This document shows positions 30,062 to 39,725 of a stretch of 64,000 nucleotides of DNA, piece by piece (the first letter of the stretch is position 1; each line of letters starts with the position of its first letter). Origin of the DNA: Candidatus Magasanikiibacteriota bacterium (GTDB lineage Bacteria; Patescibacteriota; Patescibacteriia; Magasanikbacterales; GWA2-37-8). The notes under the pieces are model-generated. The model saw nothing but the letters and a program-made list of their open reading frames with translations, did no database searches and was not told the origin of the DNA. Location: positions 2,015 to 66,014 of the forward strand of contig JACOYB010000006.1 in the NCBI GenBank assembly GCA_016182085.1, in the 5' to 3' direction. The position numbers and the translations under genes are program-made.

Positions 30062-31141
30062 ATGCAAATTACAGTTATAAAAAATCAAAACGAATGGAAT
30101 AGTTGGTTTTTACAAAAACCAGAGCCTCATAGCTTTGCCCAATCCTGGGCTTGGGGCGATATTTTAATTTCCGAAGGAAAAAAAGTGGAACGATTAGCGG
30201 TCATAGAAAATGAATTAGTTATAGCGCAAGCGCAGGTGGTGTATAGCCCTATTTTTTTCGGCTGGCAGTATGCCTTTTGTCCCAAAGGGCCGGTGGTTGA
30301 TTCACTCAGAAGTGAAGATGGTAAAATACAAATATATAAAATAATCAAAGAATACTTAAAAAATAAAAATTGTATATTTTTTAGAATTGAACCGGGAGTA
30401 TTGCCGGTTATGCCGCGTTCATTTTTTTTCAAAAAAACAATTGATATCAACCCATCAACCACGCTGCTGCTTAATTTAAACCAAACTGCCGCTCAGTTGC
30501 GCGGCAATATGCATCCTAAAACCAGGTATAATATTGCCCTAGCAGAAAAGAAAAATGTAAAGATTATCCAGGAAAAAAATTTGGAAGTATTTTGGATGCT
30601 GATGAATAAAACCGGAAACCGAGATAAATTCAGTTTGCATCATAAAAAACATTATGAAAAAATATTGGCAGCAGAAAGCGTTTTTCAGCTTACAGCGTAC
30701 TATAACTCGGTGCCGGTCGCGTGCGCCGTATTTATTGGTTTTGGAAATACCTTTACTTATCTATACGGCGCGTCAGATTATGAATATAGAAATTTGATGG
30801 CGCCGTATTTGCTCCAATGGGAAGGTATGGAACTGGGTAATGATTTTGGCAGTAAATGGTATGATTTTTTTGGAGTCGCGCCACGTTTACAGTCGGAGTC
30901 GTCAGCTGTCATTCCCGCCGCTAGCGGGAATCCAGACAATTTAGGTCAACACGGGATTCCCAATCAAGTTGGAAATGACAGCTATAACTATAGCTTCAAA
31001 CACCAGTATGCCGGCGTAACCCGCTTTAAATTGGGTTTTGGTGGCGTTCCCTATGAAGCCCCGGGCACGTTTGATCTGGTGGTTGATAAGAAAAAATATA
31101 AAATATATACTTTGCTTCGGTGGTTGCGGCGGTTATTTTAG
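30062..31141 (+). CDS. FemAB-family peptidoglycan interpeptide-bridge aminoacyltransferase-like protein (palindromic repeat inserted in-frame)
   Basis: SWAWGDIL and FemAB-like pattern. Residues SAVIPAASGNPDNLGQHGIPNQVGND are encoded by the repeat. Confidence 0.65.
   Translation: MQITVIKNQNEWNSWFLQKPEPHSFAQSWAWGDILISEGKKVERLAVIENELVIAQAQVVYSPIFFGWQYAFCPKGPVVDSLRSEDGKIQIYKIIKEYLKNKNCIFFRIEPGVLPVMPRSFFFKKTIDINPSTTLLLNLNQTAAQLRGNMHPKTRYNIALAEKKNVKIIQEKNLEVFWMLMNKTGNRDKFSLHHKKHYEKILAAESVFQLTAYYNSVPVACAVFIGFGNTFTYLYGASDYEYRNLMAPYLLQWEGMELGNDFGSKWYDFFGVAPRLQSESSAVIPAASGNPDNLGQHGIPNQVGNDSYNYSFKHQYAGVTRFKLGFGGVPYEAPGTFDLVVDKKKYKIYTLLRWLRRLF
30908..30981. repeat. Palindromic repeat R2 (GTCATTCCC family) inside the FemAB-like CDS, reading frame preserved
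   Basis: gtcattcccgccgctagcgggaatccag ... gggattcccaatcaagttggaaatgacag. Confidence 0.8.
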
Positions 31142-31152
31142 TTTATGAGTAA

Positions 31153-31224
31153 GTCCTCGTAGTCCAATGGATAGGATACCAGCTTCCGAAGCTGATGGTG
31201 CAGGTTCAATTCCTGCCGGGGGCA
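31153..31224 (+). tRNA. tRNA-Arg(CCG)
   Basis: Acceptor GTCCTCG/CGGGGGC (two G-U), anticodon loop TTCCGAA, T-arm GCAGG/TTCAATT/CCTGC. Confidence 0.7.
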
Positions 31225-31230
31225 CTAACC

Positions 31231-31270
31231 AAAAATCCCTCCGATGTTACATCGGAGGGATTTTTGGTTT
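31231..31270 (+). terminator. Rho-independent terminator
   Basis: aaaaatccctccgatgttacatcggagggatttttgg. Confidence 0.75.
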
Positions 31271-31317
31271 AACGAAACCATGTCGCGTAACGTCCTTTGA
31301 GGCGCGGCGCTTAATCT

Positions 31318-33669
31318 TTATTCTTCAGCTGGGTTTGCTTTAGTTGAAGCAGTCTCTTCATTTGTTTTTTTATAATCACATTCTTTACTGCTGCATTTGA
31401 TAACTCCTTTGGCGGCAAAAACCAGTGGCTGTTTGCAGGTCGGGCAGAATTCGCCAGTTGGTTTTTCCCACAACGCATATTCACAATCCGGATAGCGGTT
31501 GCAGCTATAGAATGGCTTGCCGCGCTTGCTGCGGCGCTGCACGATATCGCCCTCGCCACACTTAGGGCACTTCATGTTCATTTTAATTTCAATATTTTTA
31601 ATATTCTTGCATTTAGGATAGCCGGAACATCCTAAAAACGGCCCGAATCGTCCGCGGCGCAGGATCATTGGTTCGCCGCACTTTTCGCATTTTTCGTTTG
31701 CTTCCTCCACCGCTTCTTGCTGTTTGGCTTCCTCGGCGTTTAAAGATTTGGTTGTTTTACACTCCGGATATTTGGTGCAAGCCAAATATTTGCCAAATCG
31801 TCCGGTTTTAATAATCATATCCGAGCCGCACTTTTTACATTTTTCATCGGATTTTTCTTCGGTCAAAACTTTTTTATCTATTTCTTGTTCTTTTTTATCC
31901 AAGTTTTCTTTAAACGGTTTCCAAAAATCACCAATCACCGGCCGCCACTGCTTTTTACCGCGGGCGATTTCATCAAGATTATTTTCCATTTCCGCCGTAA
32001 ATTCATAATCTACGACATGGTGGAAATGTTCTACTAGTAAATCGTTAACAATATAGGCGATGTCTTTGGGGGCAAACCTTTTTTGTTCGTTGCGCTCAAT
32101 ATAGCCCCGATCCTCAATCGTAGAAATTGTGGGAGCATAGGTAGAAGGCCGGCCAATGCCATAATTTTCCATAGCTTTTACGAGTGTTGCGTCCGAGTAT
32201 CTGGCCGGAGGTTCGGTAAAATGCTGTTCCGGTTTAAGTTCGTTACAGGTAAGCGGTTCGTTATTCTTAAGCTGCGGCAAGAGATTTTCTTTGGCTCTAT
32301 CCGGGAACAGCTTTAAGAAACCATCAAAGACAATAGTTTGGCCATTGGCTCGGAATTTATAATCATTTTGGCTAGATATATCTATCGTAGTGGCATTTAG
32401 CTCGGCTGGGGCCATCTGGGTGGCAACAGCGCGTCTCCAGATAAGGTCATAAAGCCTGAATTGTTGTCTGTCTAGGTATTGTTCTATAGACTCGGGTGTG
32501 CGCATAGCTTCGGTAGGTCGTACGGCTTCGTGGGCTTCTTGAGCGTTTTTACTTTTATTATTATAAATTCTAGGAGAATCCAGCTGATATTTTTTGCCAA
32601 AATTATTACCGATAGTATCTTTGGCATCAGCCAAAAATTTTTCCGAAAGATTAACCGCGTCCGTACGCATGTAGGTAATCAGACCTACGGATCCTTCAGT
32701 TCCAAGTTCTATGCCCTCGTATAATTGCTGCGCCAAACGCATAGTCTGTTTGGCCGAAAAACCAAGATGACTGTTGGCTTCTTGTTGGAGGGTAGAAGTG
32801 GTAAATGGGGGAGAAGGCAAGCGTTTGGTTTTTTTCTCTTCCACGTTTTCTACTATATAAGTAGTTTTTTCTAAATCAGCCAAAATTTTGTCTATCTCCG
32901 CTTTAGTTTTTATATCTAGCTTATCTATTTTTTTGTCTTTGATCGCAATGAGCTTTGCGGTCAAGCAATTGTCATTCCCAACGAATTGGGAATCCAGTGT
33001 CCGGTTGTCTGGATTCCCGCTGGAGTTTATCCCGTGCTCCGACACGGGAGCGGGAATGACAAGCGACGAGTCGGAATGACAGAACAGCCCCTCGATACTC
33101 CAGTACTCTTCCGGGTTAAAAGCTTTTATTTCTCTTTCTCGTTCTACAATCAGGCGCACAGCCACCGATTGCACGCGTCCGGCCGACAAACCCTTGGCTA
33201 CTTTGCGCCACAAAAATGGAGATAGTTCATAACCCACTAATCTGTCCAAGATTCGGCGAGCTTGTTGCGCGTCTACCATTTTTAAATCTAGCGGGCGTGG
33301 ATTTTCTAGAGCATGCATTATGGCGGTTTTGGTAATTTCATGGAATACAATGCGTTTGGCGTCTTTTGGTTCAATTCCCAAAATATTGGCCAAGTGCCAA
33401 GAGATAGCTTCTCCTTCTCGGTCCTCATCGGTAGCAAATAGGATACCATCGCATTTTTTGGCCGCTTCTTTTAGTTCTTTGGCTACTTTGGTTTTGTCGC
33501 GGCTTACAATATAATGAGGTTCAAAATTATGTTCTACATCCACCCCCAGTTTGCTTTTTGGCAAATCACGGACATGGCCAAAAGAAGACTTCACAACAAA
33601 GTTTCTGCCCAAAAATTTGGAAATAGTTTTGGCTTTAGTAGGGGATTCTACGATGACTAAATTTTTCAT
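31318..33669 (-). CDS. topA: DNA topoisomerase I with C-terminal zinc ribbons (palindromic repeat inserted in-frame)
   Basis: Toprim VIVESPTKAKTI, active-site region, four C4 zinc ribbons. Repeat encodes SLVIPAPVSEHGINSSGNPDNRTLDSQFVGND. Confidence 0.9.
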   Translation of the reverse strand: MKNLVIVESPTKAKTISKFLGRNFVVKSSFGHVRDLPKSKLGVDVEHNFEPHYIVSRDKTKVAKELKEAAKKCDGILFATDEDREGEAISWHLANILGIEPKDAKRIVFHEITKTAIMHALENPRPLDLKMVDAQQARRILDRLVGYELSPFLWRKVAKGLSAGRVQSVAVRLIVEREREIKAFNPEEYWSIEGLFCHSDSSLVIPAPVSEHGINSSGNPDNRTLDSQFVGNDNCLTAKLIAIKDKKIDKLDIKTKAEIDKILADLEKTTYIVENVEEKKTKRLPSPPFTTSTLQQEANSHLGFSAKQTMRLAQQLYEGIELGTEGSVGLITYMRTDAVNLSEKFLADAKDTIGNNFGKKYQLDSPRIYNNKSKNAQEAHEAVRPTEAMRTPESIEQYLDRQQFRLYDLIWRRAVATQMAPAELNATTIDISSQNDYKFRANGQTIVFDGFLKLFPDRAKENLLPQLKNNEPLTCNELKPEQHFTEPPARYSDATLVKAMENYGIGRPSTYAPTISTIEDRGYIERNEQKRFAPKDIAYIVNDLLVEHFHHVVDYEFTAEMENNLDEIARGKKQWRPVIGDFWKPFKENLDKKEQEIDKKVLTEEKSDEKCKKCGSDMIIKTGRFGKYLACTKYPECKTTKSLNAEEAKQQEAVEEANEKCEKCGEPMILRRGRFGPFLGCSGYPKCKNIKNIEIKMNMKCPKCGEGDIVQRRSKRGKPFYSCNRYPDCEYALWEKPTGEFCPTCKQPLVFAAKGVIKCSSKECDYKKTNEETASTKANPAEE
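32971..33082. repeat. Palindromic repeat R3 inside topA, frame preserved
   Basis: gtcattcccaacgaattgggaatccag ... ctggattcccgctgg...gggagcgggaatgacaag ... tcggaatgacag. Confidence 0.8.
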
Positions 33670-33725
33670 AATCGAAATGAGTGAGTAAATATATAAGCTT
33701 GCTTATTTATTTACGAGCGAATGAG
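33670..33725 (-). promoter_or_regulatory. Bipartite conserved upstream motif (box A and box B) abutting the topA start
   Basis: Minus-strand read ...CTCATTCGCTCGTAAAT...TTACTCACTCATTTCGATT-ATG. Extra degenerate boxes further upstream. Confidence 0.6.
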
Positions 33726-33889
33726 TTTATTTACAAGCGAAGTGAGTGAAAAGGACATTTATGTGCTTTTCCGAACAAGCGCAGTAAATATGGAAACCTA
33801 TATATGAGCTTTGCCCTATTTTATTGAAAAATAGAAGTTACAAGAATTAAAGATAATATAAATTATACCATTTGTCAACCGGGGCCATA

Positions 33890-34969
33890 TTATCTCACAA
33901 TATAATTCATCCCGCCCAAGTTGCGAACTCGCCCTTTCATCTCCATTAAAACCAGGGCGCTATTTACCGTCGGGCTCTCTAAACCGGTGGTTTTTATAAT
34001 CAAATCTATATGCACCGGTTCTTTGGAAAGACACTCCAATATCCTGGCTTCGGTGGCGTTGGTCGGTACAGTTTTTTTATCGTTTACTATTTCTTTCAGT
34101 TCTTGGATGTTTAAAGCCTCTAAAACATCTTTGGCTTCAGCAACCAATTTTGCTCCCATTTTTATTAAATTATTTGGGCCAATGCCGGTGGGAGAGTTAA
34201 TAGGGTGGGGAACAGCAAAAACTTCGCGGTTATAATCAAGAGCGCAACGGGTAGTAATAAGAGCACCAGAAATTTCGGCTGCTTCTATAATTAGTGTGCC
34301 TAAACTGAGGCCGGCAATAATACGATTGCGAGCCGGAAAAGAATAAGCGGTTGGCGCAAACCCTGGTGGGTATTCGGAAATTACCGCTCCGCCGGAGGCG
34401 ATAATCTGTTCGGCCAGCAAATTATGAGTGGTAGGAGCCACAGTTTTTTTATCTATGCCGCCGCCCAAAACCGCAACCGTGATCCCGCCATTATCAAGTG
34501 TGGTCTGGTGCGCGATACCGTCTATGCCAAGAGCTAGACCGCTTACAATTACCACGCCTTGTTTGGCTAAAGGGCCCACGATTTCTTCACAAGCAAGCTT
34601 GCCATACGCGGTATATTTTCTGGTGCCAACTACGCCTATAGCCGGCGATTCGTCCGGTGGCAGTATGCCGCGAACAAACAATGTGTGCGGCGGATCGTTT
34701 ATTTCTTTTAAGAGTTTAGGAAATCCCGGTTCGGTTATAGATACCGTTTGTATTTGTTCTTTTTCCAGTCGTTCCATGATCTTGTCTATGGGGTTGTCTT
34801 CGCGCCAGGATAAAAATTCATGAGCAATATTCTCTTCCAGTCCGGCCGGCACCAGGTCGCTTATTTCCGCCTCCCAAAGATTTTTGAAATTAGAAAAATA
34901 AGCCGCCAATTTTTGGTAGCGGTTGTAGGTGATTTTGGGGAAGTGAGCCAGGGCGGCGTGGTATTTCAT
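33890..34969 (-). CDS. dprA: DNA processing protein DprA (Smf)
   Basis: GLALGIDGIAHQ, AVLGGGID, ISEYPPG motifs of the DprA Rossmann domain. Confidence 0.85.
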   Translation of the reverse strand: MKYHAALAHFPKITYNRYQKLAAYFSNFKNLWEAEISDLVPAGLEENIAHEFLSWREDNPIDKIMERLEKEQIQTVSITEPGFPKLLKEINDPPHTLFVRGILPPDESPAIGVVGTRKYTAYGKLACEEIVGPLAKQGVVIVSGLALGIDGIAHQTTLDNGGITVAVLGGGIDKKTVAPTTHNLLAEQIIASGGAVISEYPPGFAPTAYSFPARNRIIAGLSLGTLIIEAAEISGALITTRCALDYNREVFAVPHPINSPTGIGPNNLIKMGAKLVAEAKDVLEALNIQELKEIVNDKKTVPTNATEARILECLSKEPVHIDLIIKTTGLESPTVNSALVLMEMKGRVRNLGGMNYIVR

Positions 34970-35010
34970 GGTGAGGAGTAGAGAGTAAGTGGTAAGGAGT
35001 AGTGTTTGTT

Positions 35011-35217
35011 TGTCATCCCGCCTGCCCGCCCTGTCGTTGGCGGGAGTGAGGCCTTAGCCGACGAGGGATCTAGGGTTGTCATTCCCGCCACAGCGGGAAT
35101 CCAGTATCCAATCAAATCGACTGGATCCCCGCTGTGGCGAGGATGACAACTGTGCAGACAGAGATTCCCTACCTACCGCAGGTAGGCTCACCCCTGCGAA
35201 GGGATTCGGAATGACAG
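35011..35217. repeat. Composite four-module palindromic repeat R4 (intergenic dprA-pth)
   Basis: Four modules: gtcatcccgc..gagggatctag, gtcattcccgccacagcgggaatccag, ctggatccccgctgtggcgaggatgacaa, cagacagagattccc..gggattcggaatgacag. Same architecture as R6. Confidence 0.8.
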
Positions 35218-35218
35218 C

Positions 35219-35752
35219 TTAAATCAGTGTCTCAATTTCTTTAATAATATTTTTCGCTACTGTATCTAAAATCTTTTTTTCGGCAGCTGTGAATTTTCCC
35301 AACACAAAGCCAGCGGTGTCTTTTATCTTTTCTTGTTCTTTTGGCGCCACGCCCACGCGAATGCGAGTAAAGTTTTGCGTGCCTAGATGTTCTATAATTG
35401 ATTTGATGCCATTATGTCCCGCTGGCCCGCGATTGGTCTGTATGCGCGTTTCTCCCAAAGGAATATCTTTATCATCATGAATAACAATTAAATTTTCCGG
35501 TTTTAGTTTATAAAAATTAAGTAAGGCCTGAACCGCTACGCCAGAGTTATTCATATAGGTTTGAGGCATGGCCAGGGCAGTGCGCTTTTTATTTATTTTA
35601 CCTTTGCTGATTAAAGCATTTGATTTTTTATCAAAATTCCAATCTGCAAATTCAAATGTGGCGAGCAGTTTTTCTAATATTAAAAAACCGGCATTATGAC
35701 GAGTGTCGGTATATTCTTTTTCCGGATTGCCCAAGCCGATTATAAGTTTCAT
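35219..35752 (-). CDS. pth: Peptidyl-tRNA hydrolase
   Basis: MKLIIGLGNPEKEYTDTRHNAGF and HNG motifs. Confidence 0.9.
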   Translation of the reverse strand: MKLIIGLGNPEKEYTDTRHNAGFLILEKLLATFEFADWNFDKKSNALISKGKINKKRTALAMPQTYMNNSGVAVQALLNFYKLKPENLIVIHDDKDIPLGETRIQTNRGPAGHNGIKSIIEHLGTQNFTRIRVGVAPKEQEKIKDTAGFVLGKFTAAEKKILDTVAKNIIKEIETLI

Positions 35753-36033
35753 ATTGTTTTTAACTTTGCCAGGGCGCTCTCAATATCTCCGTTTAATTCT
35801 TTCAGTTTGCGTATTCTTTCTTGACCCGACAGATTTTCTACTGTTTCATACTCAGTTCCTATTCTTTGAATCTCGCTAATCAATAGTGCCGTGGTACGAT
35901 TAGGGCCTTCTGTCAGCCTTTCTTTATTTTGCGCGAGTCTCTTTAATTCTGTCCCAGTATTTGACAGCAGGTCAATAAGTTTTTTATTTAAAGTATCCTC
36001 CATGTCTGTTATGGGAGATTCTTTTTCGCTCAT
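35749..36033 (-). CDS. Hypothetical small coiled-coil protein
   Basis: 94 aa, in apparent operon with der and pth. Confidence 0.4.
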   Translation of the reverse strand: MSEKESPITDMEDTLNKKLIDLLSNTGTELKRLAQNKERLTEGPNRTTALLISEIQRIGTEYETVENLSGQERIRKLKELNGDIESALAKLKTI

Positions 36034-37409
36034 ATATTCGTAATATTTCTCCTAAGCTTTGTTAGTTTTATCACAATCGGCGTGGCAAAAAATCCAAACC
36101 GCTGGCGTAAACGATTTTCTATATAGCGCACATAAGAAAAATGCACGGAGGTTTTGAATTTTATCATCATTTCAAATAGAGGCGGATTGTTGTGCAACTG
36201 ATGAAATGCCATGATTTGCGGATGGCGGGTACCCTTGCCGCGGGATGGCCGATGTTCTTTGGTGACAGTTTTAATAAATTCCTGCAATTCTTCGTCAGGG
36301 ATAATAACATGACGCTCTTCCCAAGCGCGGAAAATCAACGGAAATATTTGGTGTACTTTATATTTTGTTTTGGCGCTGGTAATAACAATCGGCGCGAAAG
36401 TTAAATGAGGGAAGTCGGCGTAAATTCTTTCTTTAACTTCGTTTCTAAATTCTTCGCTATGGTCTTCCACTAAATCCCATTTGTTTATAAGAATAATCGT
36501 GCTGCGCGTATTTTCTCGCAATAATCCGGCGAGCTGCTGATCTTGGGTGGTGATTGGTTCGCTGGCATCAAGCACCAAAAGTACAATATCAGCTTTTTTT
36601 ATCATATTAAGGCTTTTGCCAATGCCGGCTCTTTCTAGTTCTCCGGAAACTTTTGCTTTTCTTCTGATACCGGCAGTATCTACAAACAGAATCGGTTTAC
36701 CATCAACTTCTACCAGTGTATCATGCGGTTCACGGGTCGTGTGGGGGAGCGAACTGACAATAACCTGTTCTTTGCCGATTAGGTCGTTAAAGAGTGAAGA
36801 CTTGCCCACGTTGGGTTTGCCAATAAGCGCAACCTTAATTGGGCTCATCTCTTTTGTCTTTTTTGGTTTTTTGGCGGTTTTGCCCAAGCGTTTAAATATT
36901 TCATCAAGCAAGTTGCCAACATTAGAGCCATTGGCCGCCGAAACAGGGAACGGTTCGCCAAGTCCCAATCTGCGCCACTCGCCACTATGAATATCCACGC
37001 GAAGTCGTTCGTTGTCCGCTTTATTGGCAACAAAGAGTATTCTATTTTTTTCTTTAATAAAACGTTTGGCCAGTTCGCGTTCCTGTGGCAATAGTCCGGC
37101 CTGGACATCCACTACAAACAAAATCAAATCTGCTTCGCGCAGGGCAAGTTCGGTTTGTTTGACTATCTCTTCTTCCAATTCTACGTCTTCGGAAAAAGTA
37201 ATGCCGCCCGTATCTACCAGGGTAAAATTTTTACCTCGCCAGTGCACGGCCCCGATATTTCTGGTTCGGGTAGTGCCGGCTATATCTGAAACAATCGCTT
37301 TATTTTCCTCCAGCATTTTGTTAAACAGGCTGGATTTGCCAACATTAACTCGGCCAACGAGAGCAACCGTAGGTAAATTGGTATCAATGATTTTTGCGGG
37401 CGTAGCCAT
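36030..37409 (-). CDS. der: GTPase Der (EngA), tandem GTP-binding domains
   Basis: Two G domains (GRVNVGKSSLFN / DTGG and GKPNVGKSSLFN / DTAG) plus C-terminal KH-like domain. Confidence 0.9.
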   Translation of the reverse strand: MATPAKIIDTNLPTVALVGRVNVGKSSLFNKMLEENKAIVSDIAGTTRTRNIGAVHWRGKNFTLVDTGGITFSEDVELEEEIVKQTELALREADLILFVVDVQAGLLPQERELAKRFIKEKNRILFVANKADNERLRVDIHSGEWRRLGLGEPFPVSAANGSNVGNLLDEIFKRLGKTAKKPKKTKEMSPIKVALIGKPNVGKSSLFNDLIGKEQVIVSSLPHTTREPHDTLVEVDGKPILFVDTAGIRRKAKVSGELERAGIGKSLNMIKKADIVLLVLDASEPITTQDQQLAGLLRENTRSTIILINKWDLVEDHSEEFRNEVKERIYADFPHLTFAPIVITSAKTKYKVHQIFPLIFRAWEERHVIIPDEELQEFIKTVTKEHRPSRGKGTRHPQIMAFHQLHNNPPLFEMMIKFKTSVHFSYVRYIENRLRQRFGFFATPIVIKLTKLRRNITNI

Positions 37410-37470
37410 ATGCGAAATAAGTATGTGTGGGTTTTAGCCCCTATATATAAAAAATTCCAAATTCTATATT

Positions 37471-38955
37471 CTAAATCGCATCTTCTCCCAGAATCACTAT
37501 AATATCTGGTTTTGATCTAGAAGTGGTTGTAGCCTCATTATATGTTAGCGCAAGCCATTCTGGCAAATCGGTACTGGAAGAAGCGTTTAGTTCTTTGGAA
37601 AGCGTACCCACCGTGGTATTTGGGACATTACTGTTTACTATATATATAGTAGTGATAGAAATTGGTCGTTTGGCGCTATTGCCAACGCTTGAAATAAAGA
37701 GGCCCTTTGTTTCCAGTTGTTGCTTTTTTAAAGCTGCCAGCCCGGCTTGCCAAGTGCCGTTTTGGATTTCAATACTGGCGTTAGGAATGGCCATGGAAGC
37801 AGGCGTTTGTTTTGGCTGGATTTGTCCGGTGGCAAGAGCAGACGCGGAAGCGGTTGTCGGGGTACTCGTTGCTTCAAAAATATTATTTATAGCATCCTTG
37901 ATTTCGGAAAAATTTCCGGTTTTAGGTATAAGCAGATACGCGCCGCCTTCGCCAGTTATGGGTTTTAAAAATCCCGTAGGCGCGTCGTTTAAAACCAATG
38001 TTTTTATTTCATCATTTTGTATTTCTTTTCCTAGACTGGCTAAAAACATTATCTGTCCGAAATCAATATTGGTTTCAACGTGTTTGGATAGGGAAGAGAT
38101 AACTCGTTGTAACGTCATGGGGTTTAAGAATGTTTCACTGGTAAGCAGTTTTTTCTTAAAGGCAGTAAGCATAAGTTGTTGGCGTTTGGCTCGGGCAAAA
38201 TCCGAACCCTCGCCGTTTGAACCATGGCGGGAGCGGGTAAAAATGAGCGCTTGTTCGCCGCTCATCTGCTGCAGTCCGGCTTGAAAAGATACGGTTCGGT
38301 ATGAATCATTTGGGCCAGGATAAGCAGTATCGGTAAATGATCGTTGTACATCTACTTCAATGCCGCCAATCGCATCTATGATTTCTTGGAAGGCGGCAAA
38401 GTCCACGCGCGCGTAATAGGGGATGCTGATGCTAAATGTTTCTTCAAAAATTTTACGTGCGTATTCTCCGCCACCGCCCGCAGCCTCGGCTTCACCAAAA
38501 GCATTAGCATTATTTATTTTTCTCACTCCGTGTCCGGGAATTTTTACGGCCAAGTCGCGGGGCACTGATACCATGGAAACTTCCTTAGTGCTTGGTTTGA
38601 TGCTTAAAATAATATTGGTGTCGCTTAAAAATGGGCCATCGTGTCCAAGGCCGCCAATACCAAGCAGTAGAATATTTATCCGATCCTCACTTTGGCCAAT
38701 CATTACGTTGTCGGATTTGAAAATAAAGTTTCTAACGGTTTGCAGGAAGCCAATTTTTTTCGGTTTAAGCGTAACCGGATCATAATCAGACGGGCTGCTT
38801 GGCCATGTGTTCATCATGTTGTAATTTCGCAGCAGTAGTAAACCCATAATAACCGCGCCCAAAATTAAAAACACCGCCCATTTTGCCTTGGTTTTTTGGG
38901 GAGGAGTGAGGGGGTAGCGTTGAGGTTGGAGTAAATTTATTTTCTGATCATCCAT
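37471..38955 (-). CDS. LytR-CpsA-Psr (LCP) family cell-envelope polymer transferase
   Basis: N-terminal TM helix. RINILLLGIGG...SDTNIILSI...MVSVPRDL LCP motifs. Confidence 0.8.
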   Translation of the reverse strand: MDDQKINLLQPQRYPLTPPQKTKAKWAVFLILGAVIMGLLLLRNYNMMNTWPSSPSDYDPVTLKPKKIGFLQTVRNFIFKSDNVMIGQSEDRINILLLGIGGLGHDGPFLSDTNIILSIKPSTKEVSMVSVPRDLAVKIPGHGVRKINNANAFGEAEAAGGGGEYARKIFEETFSISIPYYARVDFAAFQEIIDAIGGIEVDVQRSFTDTAYPGPNDSYRTVSFQAGLQQMSGEQALIFTRSRHGSNGEGSDFARAKRQQLMLTAFKKKLLTSETFLNPMTLQRVISSLSKHVETNIDFGQIMFLASLGKEIQNDEIKTLVLNDAPTGFLKPITGEGGAYLLIPKTGNFSEIKDAINNIFEATSTPTTASASALATGQIQPKQTPASMAIPNASIEIQNGTWQAGLAALKKQQLETKGLFISSVGNSAKRPISITTIYIVNSNVPNTTVGTLSKELNASSSTDLPEWLALTYNEATTTSRSKPDIIVILGEDAI

Positions 38956-39087
38956 GGTGTTTGGGCTTAAAAACTAAAACCGGTTCAGTGAAATTTAATT
39001 TTAACATATTAAAAACATAAAGGCAATTTATCCTTTACCGACAGATATTAATTGTGTTATACTTTAGAAAAAGGAGGTCGCGCTTGC

Positions 39088-39164
39088 GGCCACTTGGCTC
39101 AGTTGGTTAGAGCGTTGCATTCACATTGCAAAGGTCACTGGTTCAAATCCAGTAGTGGCTACCA
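39088..39164 (+). tRNA. tRNA-Val(CAC), CCA encoded
   Basis: D-arm GCTC/GAGC, anticodon stem TTGCA/TGCAA, loop TTCACAT, T-arm ACTGG/TTCAAAT/CCAGT. Confidence 0.75.
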
Positions 39165-39179
39165 AAAAAATTAACATAT

Positions 39180-39686
39180 ATGCCAATCAATTTAAATAAA
39201 CAAGAAGCAAACACCGGTGATCTGGTTTTTTCCTGGACCGTAAAAGAATATGAAGAACACGACCGAAGCCCTCGTTGGTATTTGGTAATGGGCTTAATTG
39301 GAGCTGCCCTCTTGCTTTTTTCTGTTATTTCTGGTAATTATCTATTTGCGCTTATAGTCGTACTATTTGGCATTATCCTGTTTTTGCAGGATACCCAGCG
39401 GCCGATGGAAGTTTTCTTCGGTGTTACCGAAGCAGGCTTAATTGTAGGTGATAAGTATTATCCGTTTAAGGAGCTATCCAAGTATTGGATAGTCTATAAT
39501 CCGCCGGAAGTAAAAAATATCTATTTTGTAACCACGAGCATTTTAAAACATCGTTTACAGGTTCCGCTGCTTGATAATGATCCGCGCCCGGTTAGGGATT
39601 TTCTCAATCAATTTATTGTGGAAGACGTGGATCAGGAGGAGGAGCCCTTAAGCGACCGGTTGGGCAGGGTTTTCAAAATACATTAA
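39180..39686 (+). CDS. Hypothetical membrane protein
   Basis: Two adjacent TM helices after N-terminal region. Confidence 0.45.
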   Translation: MPINLNKQEANTGDLVFSWTVKEYEEHDRSPRWYLVMGLIGAALLLFSVISGNYLFALIVVLFGIILFLQDTQRPMEVFFGVTEAGLIVGDKYYPFKELSKYWIVYNPPEVKNIYFVTTSILKHRLQVPLLDNDPRPVRDFLNQFIVEDVDQEEEPLSDRLGRVFKIH

Positions 39687-39725
39687 AATTACAATCCCGA
39701 CGCCAGTCGGGGTTGCTGTATACAT

